Counted from the stretch's first letter, positions 1 through 11,800 are shown. The stretch is DNA of 64,000 nucleotides from Epithemia pelagica (GCA_946965045.2 OX337236.1:186001-250000), one strand, 5' to 3'. Translations and numbers: made by a program. The notes: generated by a model from the letters alone, not told the origin.

Positions 1-596
1 GTGTTGGTCAAGCAAAAGGATTGGACAAAGTCCGAGTCGTTGTCGTCGTGAAAATCGGCCGCCGGTGCCATGTGACCCCGATCGTATTCCGTCCCTTGAT
101 AATGCGCATTGCGACTTTGAAAGAGGGGCGACAAGGACGGTTCGGCAAAAAAGCGCGGTCGTTGTCGTTGTCGTTTGGTGTTGCCCCCATCTTGTTCTTT
201 GCTGGGTGCCACCAACCGTTCCAGTACATAGACTGGGTTGCGCGTTCGAGTATCGTAGGCCACTTGAAAGTTGGGACTGTAGGAAAAGATGCGAATGGGA
301 GATGTGGGTGCGGCCCACGACAATCCAGATGGAGTAGGGTTCAATCTGGTTGTAACCTTCTTGTCGTCGTCGTCGTCCTTGTTCGTTTCAGGGTGGGCTG
401 GCCTTGTCTTCTTGTTTGTGTCAACCTCCTTTTTGTTATTCCAAAAGAGTTGGACGCGTTGTGAAGACGACAGAGATCCATTAGCTGCGACGACCATGCC
501 AACCGGCAACAACACCCCTACTGCAAAGGACGACGTCCATTCCCAGTGGCGGCGAGAAGAGCGAGCCCAACGGAACCATCCCCCTGGATGACTCAT
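1..596 (-). CDS. ENDOG: Endonuclease G / NUC1-like DNA/RNA non-specific endonuclease (3' part runs off window start)
   Basis: Not in the ORF track because no stop lies inside the window. Manual translation from ATG at 596 gives MSHPGGWFRWARSSRRHWEW...NFQVAYDTRTRNPVYVLERL...RPRFFAEPSLSPLFQSRNAHYQGTEYDRGHMAPAADF...FVQSFCLTN, with the DRGH catalytic motif and flanking EndoG motifs. Confidence 0.9.
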   Translation of the reverse strand, partial: MSHPGGWFRWARSSRRHWEWTSSFAVGVLLPVGMVVAANGSLSSSQRVQLFWNNKKEVDTNKKTRPAHPETNKDDDDDKKVTTRLNPTPSGLSWAAPTSPIRIFSYSPNFQVAYDTRTRNPVYVLERLVAPSKEQDGGNTKRQRQRPRFFAEPSLSPLFQSRNAHYQGTEYDRGHMAPAADFHDDNDSDFVQSFCLTN

Positions 597-807
597 TCTG
601 TGCTGTTGTTAGTATGATCGTCCATGCCTGCCACAATCGTTTGTTGCAGATGCACGCAACAAACCCAACAAGAGAACACAGCGTACCTTGGTGACTCTAT
701 GTAGTATGATCGAGAATCGAGAAAACAACACCACACAATATCACTGATTCTGCCCTTCACTCTTTGGCCACGCGCGCTGGTTACACGTGGAAACTGCGCG
801 AAAGAGC

Positions 808-1026
808 CGCGAAAATCTGGAGTTGGCAGATTCGAGCAGATCTGCCGCAGATTAACACGGGCTATCGCGTGAAGACGACGTCGCAAAAATGTCGTCGCGA
901 AAATGTCGTCGCGAAATCCGGTTGGCAGATTTGAGCAGATCTGCCACGGGCTATCCTGTGAAGACGACGTCGCGAAAATGTCGCGAAAATGTCGTCGCGA
1001 AAATCTGGAGTTGGCAGATCGCAGAT
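808..1026. repeat. Degenerate tandem repeat (~2.3 copies of ~86-102 bp) in the ENDOG/HDAC divergent intergenic region
   Basis: Units start CGCGAAAATCTGGAGTTGGCAGAT at 808 and 996 and CGCGAAATCCGGTTGGCAGAT at 910. They share the blocks GAGCAGATCTGCC, CACGGGCTATC and GTGAAGACGACGTCGC, plus internal GTCGTCGCGAAAAT repeats. Confidence 0.85.
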
Positions 1027-1199
1027 AAATACGTCCGTCTCAAGCGCAGAAAAGTTTCGTGACACCCATCAAGATCCAACGATGATAGGAGAGCAGATCT
1101 TTTGCTCTTCTCTCTCTCGTCGTATGATATATAGAGTGTTTACACAACACAAACCAACTTGCAGCAAGCTCTATGCACGGCTGACCACTACACTACGAA

Positions 1200-1830
1200 T
1201 TGTTTTCTCATTCGATTCGTCGCTCGCAATCGTCGGTATCCTTTTCCATATGGTTCTTTTTATTGCTACGGTGGTTCGATCCAACTCTGTACAGCCGTTC
1301 TTTGGGTGCAGTTGCTCAAGCCTTGTCCCTGTCCACCACGAGCAGCAGCAGCAGAAGTACAAGGGTCTATTTTGACTCTTCTAATGCACTTCATCGTGAT
1401 TTACGCTATCATCCCGAACAACCCGAACGCATTACAGCAACGATACGAACTCTCTGTCACGACACGGTGCTCCATGACAAGGCACCATTCTTGGAACTCA
1501 TTGATGTCGCTGACGAACCACAGGATTTGCTGATTCAGGATGGCACGTCGTCGTCGTCTGTGTCGATTCAAGGTCAACCCTTTACTCGCGAAGAACTGGA
1601 CCATGCCAAACACGTGCTTGGTCAAACGCATTCGACCGACTTTGTTGCACGACTGGAACTCCAGTGTCAAGAGGCTCTACAACGTCGTCGAGAACAGGGC
1701 AAAGAAGACCTCTTGGGTCACATGGGCTACATCGATGGAGGCGATACCTATTGGACCACGTATAGTTTTGCCGTCTGTTTGCGTGCCACGGCCACGTGGA
1801 TTCGAGCCCTCGATCAACTCCTTCTCGATC

Positions 1831-1892
<62 letters not shown>

Positions 1893-2838
1893 CCACCACC
1901 ACGTGATTCACCACCACAACAACGGATTCCCACAGCCATGGCCTTGACACGTCCTCCGGGTCATCATGCCATGCAACAAGATTCCAATGGCTTTTGTCTC
2001 GTCAATTTTGCCGCCGCCACGGCTATCCATGCCTTGTCCGTTTTGAATGATGCTCATGCCCAACCAACAGACACTGACAGCCAGGAAACGATTCGAATCT
2101 CGATACTGGATTGGGATGTCCATTATGGTCAAGGTAAGATGCGATGCACGCTGTGGACATAGCCACAGTCAAGGAGAGTTGGGTTTGTACGACCACGGTG
2201 CTGATTTGTCCTTGTCATTCTCTTTGGTGTGTACCACTCTCTCGAGCCCTAACAACATGTTTTCGTGTATCTTGTTCCATTTCGTTTCCTTCTCTGTCTT
2301 GTAAGGTGTCGCCGATATTGTGCAGCATTTGCCACAGGTCCGCTACGTGTCTATTCATCAAACACCTGCTTTTCCCTACCTGGGAGAATCCAATCGTCGT
2401 TTGGGCACTCTCTATCAAAACATTCAAACCATTCCCATTCGTCCCGAATCCTCTTGGACCTGTGGCTATCAACAAGCGTGGGATCAAGCCTTGGAGTTTG
2501 TCGCCAACAACAACAACCACAACAGTGACGACGACGACACCCCGAATGGACCGTGGATTCCCCACGTGGTTGTGGTGTGTGCCGGATACGATGCCTTGGA
2601 CAGTGATGAATTGGCCAGTGTGTCCTTGCAGGCACGTGATTATCAACGAATGACACGTCAATTGTTGCAACACGTGGACCAAGTGACGCAGGAGGCTTCT
2701 TCTTCTTCTTCTGGATCACGACCGGCGCCCGTGGTATTGTTTGGATTGGAAGGAGGCTATCAGCTTTCGGAATCGGCCGGAGGCGGTAATTTGCCCCAAG
2801 CGGTGGTGGAAACCTTGAAAGGAATGCAGTCCAATTAG
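1200..2838 (+). CDS. Histone deacetylase superfamily protein (class II/HDA14-AcuC-like), 2 exons, poly-Q insert; start codon unresolved
   Basis: Motifs HPEQPERI, RPPGHHA, GFCLVN, ILDWDVHYGQG, YVSIHQ, AGYDAL and LEGGY. Intron 2134-2305 joins ...HYGQG to VADIVQHLPQVRY in frame; stop at 2836-2838. 21 CAA codons at 1830-1892. Confidence 0.85.
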
Positions 2839-2947
2839 AGAAACCAAAAATTTTCATGTGTCATCAATGGGTGTGCTGAATGAGAAACACAAGTCCTGTC
2901 CTTCGTTCCGTTTGGCAACAATAACGACTTTGGACAGCAAAATGGAC

Positions 2948-2948
2948 C

Positions 2949-3001
<53 letters not shown>

Positions 3002-3002
3002 G
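2948..3002. repeat. (CAA)n microsatellite
   Basis: Perfect CAA run downstream of the HDAC gene. Confidence 0.9.
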
Positions 3003-3811
3003 ACGAGTACTACGGATGGGACGTCAGCCAATGGGAGAATCCTGCTTTTGATGTAGATAAATGACACCCATAGTCTCTCTCCTACAGCTATTTCCAGCAG
3101 CATGTGAGCAATCGCTGTAATTCCATGGTTCTCAACAAAGGAGGATGCGTAACCATGCGCGCAATTTTGTAATATACAGAGATCCTATTCATATAAAATA
3201 GAGTACATACTGTTGAGAACGTCTACAATTACAGTTCCGACTCTTTCTGGATCGATTCGACCAATCGCTAAAGGCCTCGTGGATCGTCAATATAGGAACC
3301 CAGTGCCCGGCATCGGGTAGCGTCTGAAAGGAAAATCGCAAAGGATCCTCTAGTCGCAGTGTCGTTTCCATGCCCCCAAAGCACTACTACGAAGTTTCCT
3401 ATGCCGTCCCCGTGTATGGTTCCGCGAAATGACGGAACCGACCATCTCTGTCTTGTCTCCAACGACTCTTATAGACCCATCTTAAAGGAGGATTTTTAGA
3501 CTCTTTGTGAAACCTAGAATCACTCAATACAAATGCTGTACGTTACTCATGAGGATTTGGGTCTCCGATGTGGTGCGATTCCGATTTTGGTCGGACGATG
3601 GTTGAAACAGGTGACGCTGCACGAACGATGCTGAGATTGAACGGATGCCGTGAATGTCGCGATCGCACACGCGCGTTGGACAATGTTGCCAAACGTTTGC
3701 ATTCCATATCGCTATATGGTGGACCAACCATTGAATGCCTGTGCCCGTCCGTCCATGTCTCCAGCACAGCGTGCACATTCGGAGACACACATACACATGG
3801 TAGTGCGTTTC

Positions 3812-4882
3812 TCATTTCGCGGCATACGGGTGCGGCCACGCAGCCGTATTCGGAACCGTGGAGGAATTTTCCCACGGCTTCCACCACCAGCTCTTTTTCG
3901 GGAGAGTCTTGTGAATTTGAACGACGAGACGTCTCCTGGTGGTTTTGCAAGTAACCTTGGAGACGGGTCCATACAAGCGAGGCAGTTCCAATCGATATTC
4001 GACCGCGTCGACCGTCGATCGGGTCACGACACACAAGCCGGGGGACGACAACGTGTCCCTTTGGTTATTGGGAATCAAGGTGGCCTCGACCGACTCAATC
4101 GTGGCGTCTTTCCAGGCCCTGGTGGTCGAGCTGCTGGACGACGACGACGAACCCGTCGGAAGCGTATCAATACGAAGATTTGCAATCCCAGAGGAATCAC
4201 CCGGATCGTCCCATTGGTATCGGCCAATGGTCCGAATTTCATAAACTTGGTGCTGCTGCTGTTGCTGAGTAATGGTGGTAGTCTCGGCCGATTCCTCCTG
4301 TTGTGCTGTAAGTGGTTCTTGTTGTTGTTGTGGTTGTGGTTCTGTACTGTTTGGTGGTACAACGACGGCTTGCCCTCCGCGACTCAACAATCGTGGTCCA
4401 TTCATGGTGAAATCTTCGAGACTCAAGCCATCGGTATAGCCACCCTTGGCTTTGGACTGGTTGTGCGCATAGAAATAACTGGACGAAAAGGGCTTGTCGT
4501 CGCTGCTGCTGCTGCTCTTGTGGTTGTTGTGGTGGTTGGAGGTTGTGGTGGATGCCACAATGCCCCGTCGGCGTCGTTCGGCCCACACATTTGTGTTGTT
4601 CGTGTCGGTATTCTCCTCCTTGGGGTTCTGTTGCGGCGACGACAAGGGATGTGCGCCTCGTTGTTCTCGCGTCTTAAGTCGTTCCTCCTTGGCCTGTCGC
4701 TCATGTTGGTCCATGGCCTGGAGCTTTTGGTGCGAGGCATAGACAGCCGAACCGGCCACGAGACACAACAAGGTGGGGACAATCCACCAGAGATTCGTCG
4801 TCGTCGTCGTCGTCACATCATTGTCACTGTTCATGTCGTCGTCCAAGAAGAAGAACCACCAGGACGACCACGACCAGGGCAT
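3812..4882 (-). CDS. Membrane-anchored protein with C-terminal CS (p23/CacyBP-like) domain
   Basis: 356-aa ORF (alternative ATG at 4834). N-terminal TM LWWIVPTLLCLVAGSAVYA and a coiled coil, then a CS-like beta-sandwich (YQWDD...ANLRID...EYRLELPRLYGPVSKVTCKTTRRRLVVQIHK). Confidence 0.65.
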   Translation of the reverse strand: MPWSWSSWWFFFLDDDMNSDNDVTTTTTTNLWWIVPTLLCLVAGSAVYASHQKLQAMDQHERQAKEERLKTREQRGAHPLSSPQQNPKEENTDTNNTNVWAERRRRGIVASTTTSNHHNNHKSSSSSDDKPFSSSYFYAHNQSKAKGGYTDGLSLEDFTMNGPRLLSRGGQAVVVPPNSTEPQPQQQQEPLTAQQEESAETTTITQQQQQHQVYEIRTIGRYQWDDPGDSSGIANLRIDTLPTGSSSSSSSSTTRAWKDATIESVEATLIPNNQRDTLSSPGLCVVTRSTVDAVEYRLELPRLYGPVSKVTCKTTRRRLVVQIHKTLPKKSWWWKPWENSSTVPNTAAWPHPYAAK

Positions 4883-5566
4883 TTCGTTGTTGTTGTGTGT
4901 GGCTGTTGTTGTGTTCCTTGGACAACTCTTGTTGATGTATTATATATAGATATAGTGTATTACCCATTGGGGAGATGTGCTCTCTCGCTCTGGATTGGAT
5001 GCGCTGACTCATCAGTGTCAGTCCGTCTGTCAGTGTCAGAAGTCGGTTAGGTAAGGTTAAGGCTAAGTGTTGCAGTGTCAGTGTCAGGGTCGCGCGGCGT
5101 GGAGGGTATTGTAGAATGACGAAGAGGGCAATGGTCGAGGTGGGCGGATGCTCGACAAGACAATTGCCCGTCAAGTAGTTCCCCCCAGCCACAAGCCGGG
5201 CGCGCCTGACAAGATGGGACGGCCAGTCATTGGGAAAAGTGGCAGAAGTGCGACTTGAAACAGAACCCACGGGACCAGAAAATGAAGGTACACTCCAAGC
5301 GATAGTAACAGACAGTAACAGCTTTTTTGTAGTTGGAAGAGCCCCACAGTCCACAGTACATGGAAATGGGCATGACAGATGACAGAAATGATGAGATCGA
5401 TGATAGGAAAAACTCGAGGGTCTTGTGAACAATTATCACATTTTTCACATCCACAACACATACCTGCGAGAGAGAGAGATTTGTTACTTTCAGCAGATAT
5501 CGCCACAATACCACGACGGGAAGCGGCAGCACACAGTTTTGTGTGTCAAACAAATTGCCAGGAGAC

Positions 5567-7105
5567 ATGAAGCACCGACCGCAGCAACAACAGCAACCAC
5601 CACCAGAACAAGATGGCAGTTGCCGCATGCACTTGCCCGATGGCAGTTGCGTCGAGCTCTGTACACAAGAGGGAGCCAATGCCTTTTTGCAATATGGTGG
5701 CCGGAATCCTACGACTCCCATGGAATTCTTGTCGGACAGTGCCGAGCGCATTTCACAGATTCGTCGTCGTAAGGATCGATTGTCGGGCCAGGACCAGGAA
5801 GAACTTCTCATGTATTACTCTTACGCGTTGGCACTCTTTCGGTACGCCTCCGAAGACGTCTTTCGCGAATACGTACCCGAAACGGAACTCGAGGCCTGGT
5901 TGGATTGTATCCGGCAGGAACTCTCCCGATTGGTGAACCACCGCCAATGGATCGAGACGGGCGATTTGCAGCCACATGATGCCCATGTGCTCCACTCGTG
6001 TATTCACCTGTTTTATCATGCCGTTCCTACGGCCCTGGCCATGGAAAGTGACTTGTTTCAACGCCTGGCCGACATGATTCGGGCCCGCAAGCCCCATACG
6101 GGCCGGGCACTTCCCTCCCAAGACGTGTCGGAAACCATCACCCTCCTCGTGTCCAATGCCTACATTTCCTGTCGCATGGGTTTTGACAATCCCTGGACGA
6201 CGGAAAAAACCTTGAAAAAGTTGGAGGCCACGGGAATTTTGGCCCAACACTTAAGGTGTGCCACCATTCCCCAACAACCAGCCACAACAACAACTCCAGC
6301 GGAGGAACGATTGGTCGCACCAGGCCTCTTTCGCATGTTGGATGACCTGCAAGCGTGTGCGCCCCTTCTTGGCAAAAAATTCAAACCCGGCCAACCCTGT
6401 GGCGACGTGGTACAGGCCATTCTCTAAGGAACCGACGGCAGTCCCATCCCACGACCCTCCATTCTCGCCAAACTCCGCACCATTGTGCAAGTCGTCGATT
6501 CCATCAACCGACAGGAGGAGCACAATCCGACCACCATTGGCAAAATGTGCCGCTACTGTGGAAACTCGGAGCATTCGCAAGCCTTTCAAAATTCTCTCCT
6601 CTTGTGTGGAAAGTGCAAACAAGCCTACTATTGTTCCAAGGATTGTCAAAAGGCGGATTGGAAACAGCACAAAAAAGTGTGCGTCCCGGCCAAAAAGTCG
6701 GAAACGAAAAGGGTGGAACAGATTCAAAACATGCTCATGACCTTTTCCAATCAGCAATATGTGCACATCATGGTCAAAATGGTCCACGCGTGCAAGCAAT
6801 ACAAACTCGACAAACAAGACATGTTGGTAGAAGTCAACTTTACCACGGACCAGCGGGGCAAGATTCCGGCCCTGCAGGATCCACCCGAGTTTCACATTGC
6901 ACCCGTCAAGGATTATATAGAGGGATCACGGCCCGCCGAACCCGACTGGTTCTACAAGAACCAAGGCGACACGGCCGTGTACGAATCCAACATTCAAGGA
7001 TATATTCAAGCCATTCAGAGTCAGTTGGACCGCATGTTGCCAAGCCATTTTTTGTGCCTCGTGCGACATGCCAGTGGGACCTCGTGCTACAAGGTGCAAC
7101 TGTAA
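5567..7105 (+). pseudogene. MYND zinc-finger protein interrupted by one in-frame TAA (6425-6427)
   Basis: ORFs 5543..6427 and 6485..7105 are in the same frame; read-through gives ...DVVQAIL*GTDGSPIPRPSILAKLRTIVQVVD... The MYND motif CRYCG...CGKCKQAYYCSKDCQKADWKQHKKVC lies after the stop. Confidence 0.75.
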
Positions 7106-7255
7106 GGGTTGTTGTCGTTCATTGTGTGTCTGTTTATTGACAGGCCGTGCGTTTCTTTGCAAAAACCACAGGTAAATGTGTTTCTGACCTGTGCCCATTC
7201 GTTTGTGCGTTTGTCGATTTTTTTCATTCAGCATGGAACCGGAACGAAGAACCAA

Positions 7256-7453
7256 ATGTATAGCCACGAAGCCGTCCTTGCCTTTCAGGCCTACATGAAG
7301 AATCCGAAAGATGATGGTCCACTCTCTGGCATTTTTGGCCCAAACTTTATGAGAATCATCAAGGGACAGCTTGCAAGATACTATAGCATTGGATTGTCCG
7401 AAGAAGAACTGATGCAAAATGTCTTGAAACACATGTTTGGTGCCGACTTTTGA
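7256..7453 (+). CDS. Small hypothetical ORF or gene fragment (65 aa)
   Basis: ATG-initiated MYSHEAVLAFQAYMKNPKDDGPLSGIFGPNFMRIIKGQLARYYSIGLSEEELMQNVLKHMFGADF has a protein-like amphipathic composition; no recognised motif. Confidence 0.3.
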   Translation: MYSHEAVLAFQAYMKNPKDDGPLSGIFGPNFMRIIKGQLARYYSIGLSEEELMQNVLKHMFGADF

Positions 7454-7929
7454 ACGGGTCAAGCCACTGAACGCGTTTGTGACTCACAAACATGTATATA
7501 TCGTGAGCTACTCTGTGCGCGGAATGACAAAAGGGGGTTCCATTCATTTGGCTTTTTTGTACAGAGAGAAAAACTCTTTTCTTTATTCCAGTATTCCAAT
7601 ATGTCCTATTGTAAGAGTTGGGTTGCCGACCTATTACGCATCAAATCGGGTAGGTTGTGAGTGCTATTCTGGACACACTCGATTGCAAAATTCAGACCAA
7701 CGGTTCCGAGCTTGAGCCGTCCTTCTATTACTATATTCTAACCCGAAAGATCTCTGGTTCTCGCATCCGACATGGATGCTGCATACTATTAAAGTAGAAG
7801 CCATCCATTCCGTTACTTTTATTCTCGCCATTTGTCCGACTCTGAAGGACAATGGAACAACCTTGGTTTTTGTTGCAGTGATGCAATGACATGTCGTCCT
7901 GTGACGACTCCACAGATATAAAGTCAGTG

Positions 7930-8475
7930 TCATTGAAATTTCAGTGGTTGCTTCAGTGCACCAAACAAGGGAATTCCTCCTCCCAGGACAATGGGAATTG
8001 TGGAGAGAATGAGCTCATCAATCAAATCGTATTGCAAAAAACTTTGAATGAGCCGCCCTCCGTCAATGTACAATCGATTGTAGCCCTTTTCATGGAGTTG
8101 GGTCAACATGGCAGGCACGTCGCCAGAAATCAATTGTGCCTTGTCTTGAAAGGGTGTGGGAATCTCAGTCAGAGTTGTGCTTGCTACAAAAACAGGTTTG
8201 TGGTAGGGCCATTGTTCCAGACCAAACTGACAGACTGTGTCGAAGGTGGTTCGTCCCATGACGAGAGCATCCATGCGTGACATGAATTCGGTAAAGCCCA
8301 TGTCATCTTCATCATCAGTGTCACTATTCTTTGTCGCATCCTCCTCAGTCTCATTGACCTCTTGAGGATCGGTGATTGAGGACGATGTGAGAAAATCAAT
8401 CGAGTGATTCCGATCGGCAATGCAACCATCCAAACTGGTGGCGATAAACACACTGTTCGTTCGTTCCGCCGTCAT
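7930..8475 (-). CDS. Bacterial-type dihydrofolate reductase-like / RibD C-terminal domain protein
   Basis: From ATG 8475: VFIATSLDGCIAD, DALVMGRTTFD, WPYHKPVFV, LYIDGGRLIQSFLQYDLIDELILSTIPIVLGGGIPLF. Intronless; ends abruptly at ...PLKFQ*. Confidence 0.85.
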   Translation of the reverse strand: MTAERTNSVFIATSLDGCIADRNHSIDFLTSSSITDPQEVNETEEDATKNSDTDDEDDMGFTEFMSRMDALVMGRTTFDTVCQFGLEQWPYHKPVFVASTTLTEIPTPFQDKAQLISGDVPAMLTQLHEKGYNRLYIDGGRLIQSFLQYDLIDELILSTIPIVLGGGIPLFGALKQPLKFQ

Positions 8476-8819
8476 GATAGTCGATAAGGGACGTCGTGCA
8501 GTGGATCCATTCGGAATCAAAACGGAAAAGCAAGGAGAGTCGTCACGTATCCCAGTACAGTTTCGCAAACGGATGGAACCCGACAAAGGAGACGAGAGCA
8601 ATAAGCAACGGCAAATGTACCATTCTCTGCTTCTAGAAGAGGAAGATCAAAGATTTCCAACGACGACCTTTCAGCGACTCCACACTTTGGATTTGCTATC
8701 TTTGCTATGTGCATCTGCGAACGGTCTAATCCCATACCTCTCCCTCAAGCCCATCAGTACTTTATAGTTGTTGAGCGTAGGGCTTCTTTGGTCTATTCCA
8801 GTGTATCATCCTATATAGA

Positions 8820-11800
8820 TTATAGGAGACAACTGTCGGCAAACCCAACTTCATCGTCAAAGGAATGGTTCAACGATGGTTCTACCCAACTCATTACGAG
8901 CCGAGCGGCAAAGGGTGGATTGTCAGGCTCTTGGTAAAGAGTTTGTTCTAGAACAGAGGGTGCCAAGACATTGACGAGAACCAACTCGTTGAAGCGTCCG
9001 TCCTTTCGTAGCAATCCCCGTGGCAAATGATAATACTGTTGCGAATACTGGGCAGTCGCAGTAGTTGGTTTCGTTCCAATGGGAAAATGGTCCTTGTCCG
9101 TTCGTGTAATGTTCCAATATCGTCCTAGATCATGTCCATTGAGCCAAAAATGCCCCCGACCCTGAGTCACGTGCAAGTACAAGTACTGGTGATCTTTTTG
9201 CAACAAGGGTGTTTCAAACAAGGCCTTTTGCCATAGCGGACCATCTTCTGACGCGGTTACCGGTAGTGGAGGATACCTTTTGTTGTTGTTGTTTGTCCAG
9301 TTGTTGTCCATGAAGAGTCCATTGCGTTCTCCGGCCAATCCTGCCAGGGAACACCACAATGGTGGACTGTTCTTCTTCGTCTCGTCCTTATTGTGGTTGT
9401 TCTCACTCACGAGGGATACCGTTTGATTTGTGACCCTGTTCACAAGAGTGACGGCACCCACCAATCCCTTGTGCTTGGCCGTCACACTTCCGCCCCATCG
9501 TCCAATCAAATTGTGATACCCCAACGATTCCGCGAGAATGGTCACGTCATGGTGGTAGCCGGCCGACAAGACCATGCATGACAAGAATAAAACGTGTTGC
9601 GAAATGGTTCCTTCTTCGTGTTGGTGATTGTTCACGCTGCCTTGAAAGGTTCCATTGAGATAGACTACCAATGCCGTGGCCTTGTCCGTCTCCATCACCA
9701 ATGTGACATGTTCCATATCATGGTCCAGGGTAAAGGCCACACTGTACCACGAATAGTCACTAAGCTGACCCAGACGACGAGGACGGTGGTTCGTCGTGTT
9801 GTACTGCTGGTACAGGAGTGCGGTTTGTTCCACGGCAGCACGAGAGAGGAATGCCTCTTGTTGACAGTCAAGGGTTGTGTCGACCATTACCACTGGTTCT
9901 CGCCACGACGAGCTCCACTGCAACCATCCTTGTTCGCCCATGTCGGACGACGACGACAAGAAGCGCTCCTCCACTGATACGGGAGATTTCCTATTGGTCG
10001 GTACGTTCGTCGTGGTCGTGGTTGGTAGAGGAACTGTGGTTCGGGAAAAGGCCATTGCTTCCTTGGCAATCGTGTCGGACGCAAACACCACATTGCGATT
10101 CACCAACAAGACAGCCGAATACGGTGTTAGTGTCCGAGTCCTGCTTTTGTCATTGTCCAAGGGATGAGACGGGGGCAATTGGACCAAGACGGTAGCTTCT
10201 GCGTTATTTTCCACAAAGAGAACTTCCCGGATACTGGGATCCGATGCAAAAAGGTCTTGTTGTTGTTGTTGTTGGAGAGAAGTGTTGCCATTGTCATAGA
10301 CAAAGGCAACTTGATCCGACCCAGTCCTCCAAGTGTCGGTCTCGGCGTCGTAGACTGGAAGCGGGAGGGACTGGGCTGTCGTGTGCAGCAAGACAGTCGC
10401 GACCGACGCCACGACATGATGCAAGGTTTGCAAGTGTCCAAATTTGGGTTGTCGGGCTTCTCCCGATGGACACACCATGGCATCCGTGGCATAGGCTTGG
10501 AGGATTCCCGCCGCAGCCTGCGTCCCGGTATTGGAGCCACCCCACCACATGTAATAATTGAAATGGCGTCCGCCTCGCGCCACCCATTGCAAGACCAATC
10601 GAGCAGTGGTCCGAGCCGTGTGACCCCAAAAATAATCCACGGGACGGTCCGGTGTTTCTCCCCACACTTGGTAGCCTTGTTCCAGTTCGGTCCACAGGGC
10701 GGGTTGATTGACTTGAATGTACCCATTGTCTCCATGACGAGCCAACCAGTCGAGTGCACCAAAGTCACCATTGTACGTTTCAATCGTATTGTTGGCGGAG
10801 GCACCATTGCACATGGTCCACACAATGGGTTCCGGAGCCACACGTTGGACCAAATCACCACACCAATCGGCATAGTCCTGAATTTCATTCCTTGTGGACG
10901 ATGACATGCCTGGATCGTCGTCGCCGTAGTGACTGTTGGTTGTATTTTTGTTTTGCACCATGAACCCGCCCGTATCTCCTTGTCCCAATTCATTTTCAAT
11001 TTGGGCCACGAGAATGGGTCCCCCTTGATGGGCCCACAAGTTGTGGTGGGTTAAGTAGGCCGTAACCTCTTGAATGTACCGTTCCATGAGCTGCAACCAC
11101 GTGGGATCCATGCGTCGCAATCGAATATTGGGATACTGGACACCAATCCAGGCCGGGAGGCCTCCATAGGAATATTCGGCACAAGTATAAGGTCCCACTC
11201 GCACATGAACAAACAAACCACGCACCGCACAACTCTGAATGGCATCAGCCAATTCCCAAGCTGTAGTGTCGGAAAGCGTCCAATTCCAGGCTTGGTCGTC
11301 GGGGCCGTACGGTTGATGGGCACTCCAAAACACGTAGAGAGTAATCAAATTCAACCCATGATCCACGGCGTGATCCAAGGCGTGCTCCCACTCCTCCCGG
11401 GAACCAGCGGCACGGGAGGGATGCATACTTCCACCCACCAACAAGACTGGTTGACCATTGACCAACAGAGCACGAGCATTGTACGACACGTTGAGGGGAG
11501 CACCGGCAAACTCCAAATACGACACCAATCCATCAGTGACACGTTTGGTGTTGTTGTTCTTGTTGTTGTGGTCCAAACGTGGTATTTTGGATTCCACAAC
11601 TGTGTCAGTTTCCGAACGAAACGATTGTCGAAGAAAAGGAGTAGCAGCATCAGCCAAGGACGGCCACCATCCATGAGCGCCTCTTGGAGGAACCACATCG
11701 GAAGCGACGGAACCAAACCATGACTCTGGTTCAAAAAGGCGAGGTAGGCCCAACCATGAGGCCCTCCAACACAAGAAAAGAAATGCAACACTACTCCAAA

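Noticed and set aside
2858-3064. Poly-Q small ORF MDQQQ...DEYYGWDVSQW
   Set aside because: Mostly a CAA microsatellite; too short and featureless to call a gene.
3650-5050. 466-aa plus-strand ORF
   Set aside because: Antisense shadow of the CS-domain gene, with low-complexity composition and no motifs.
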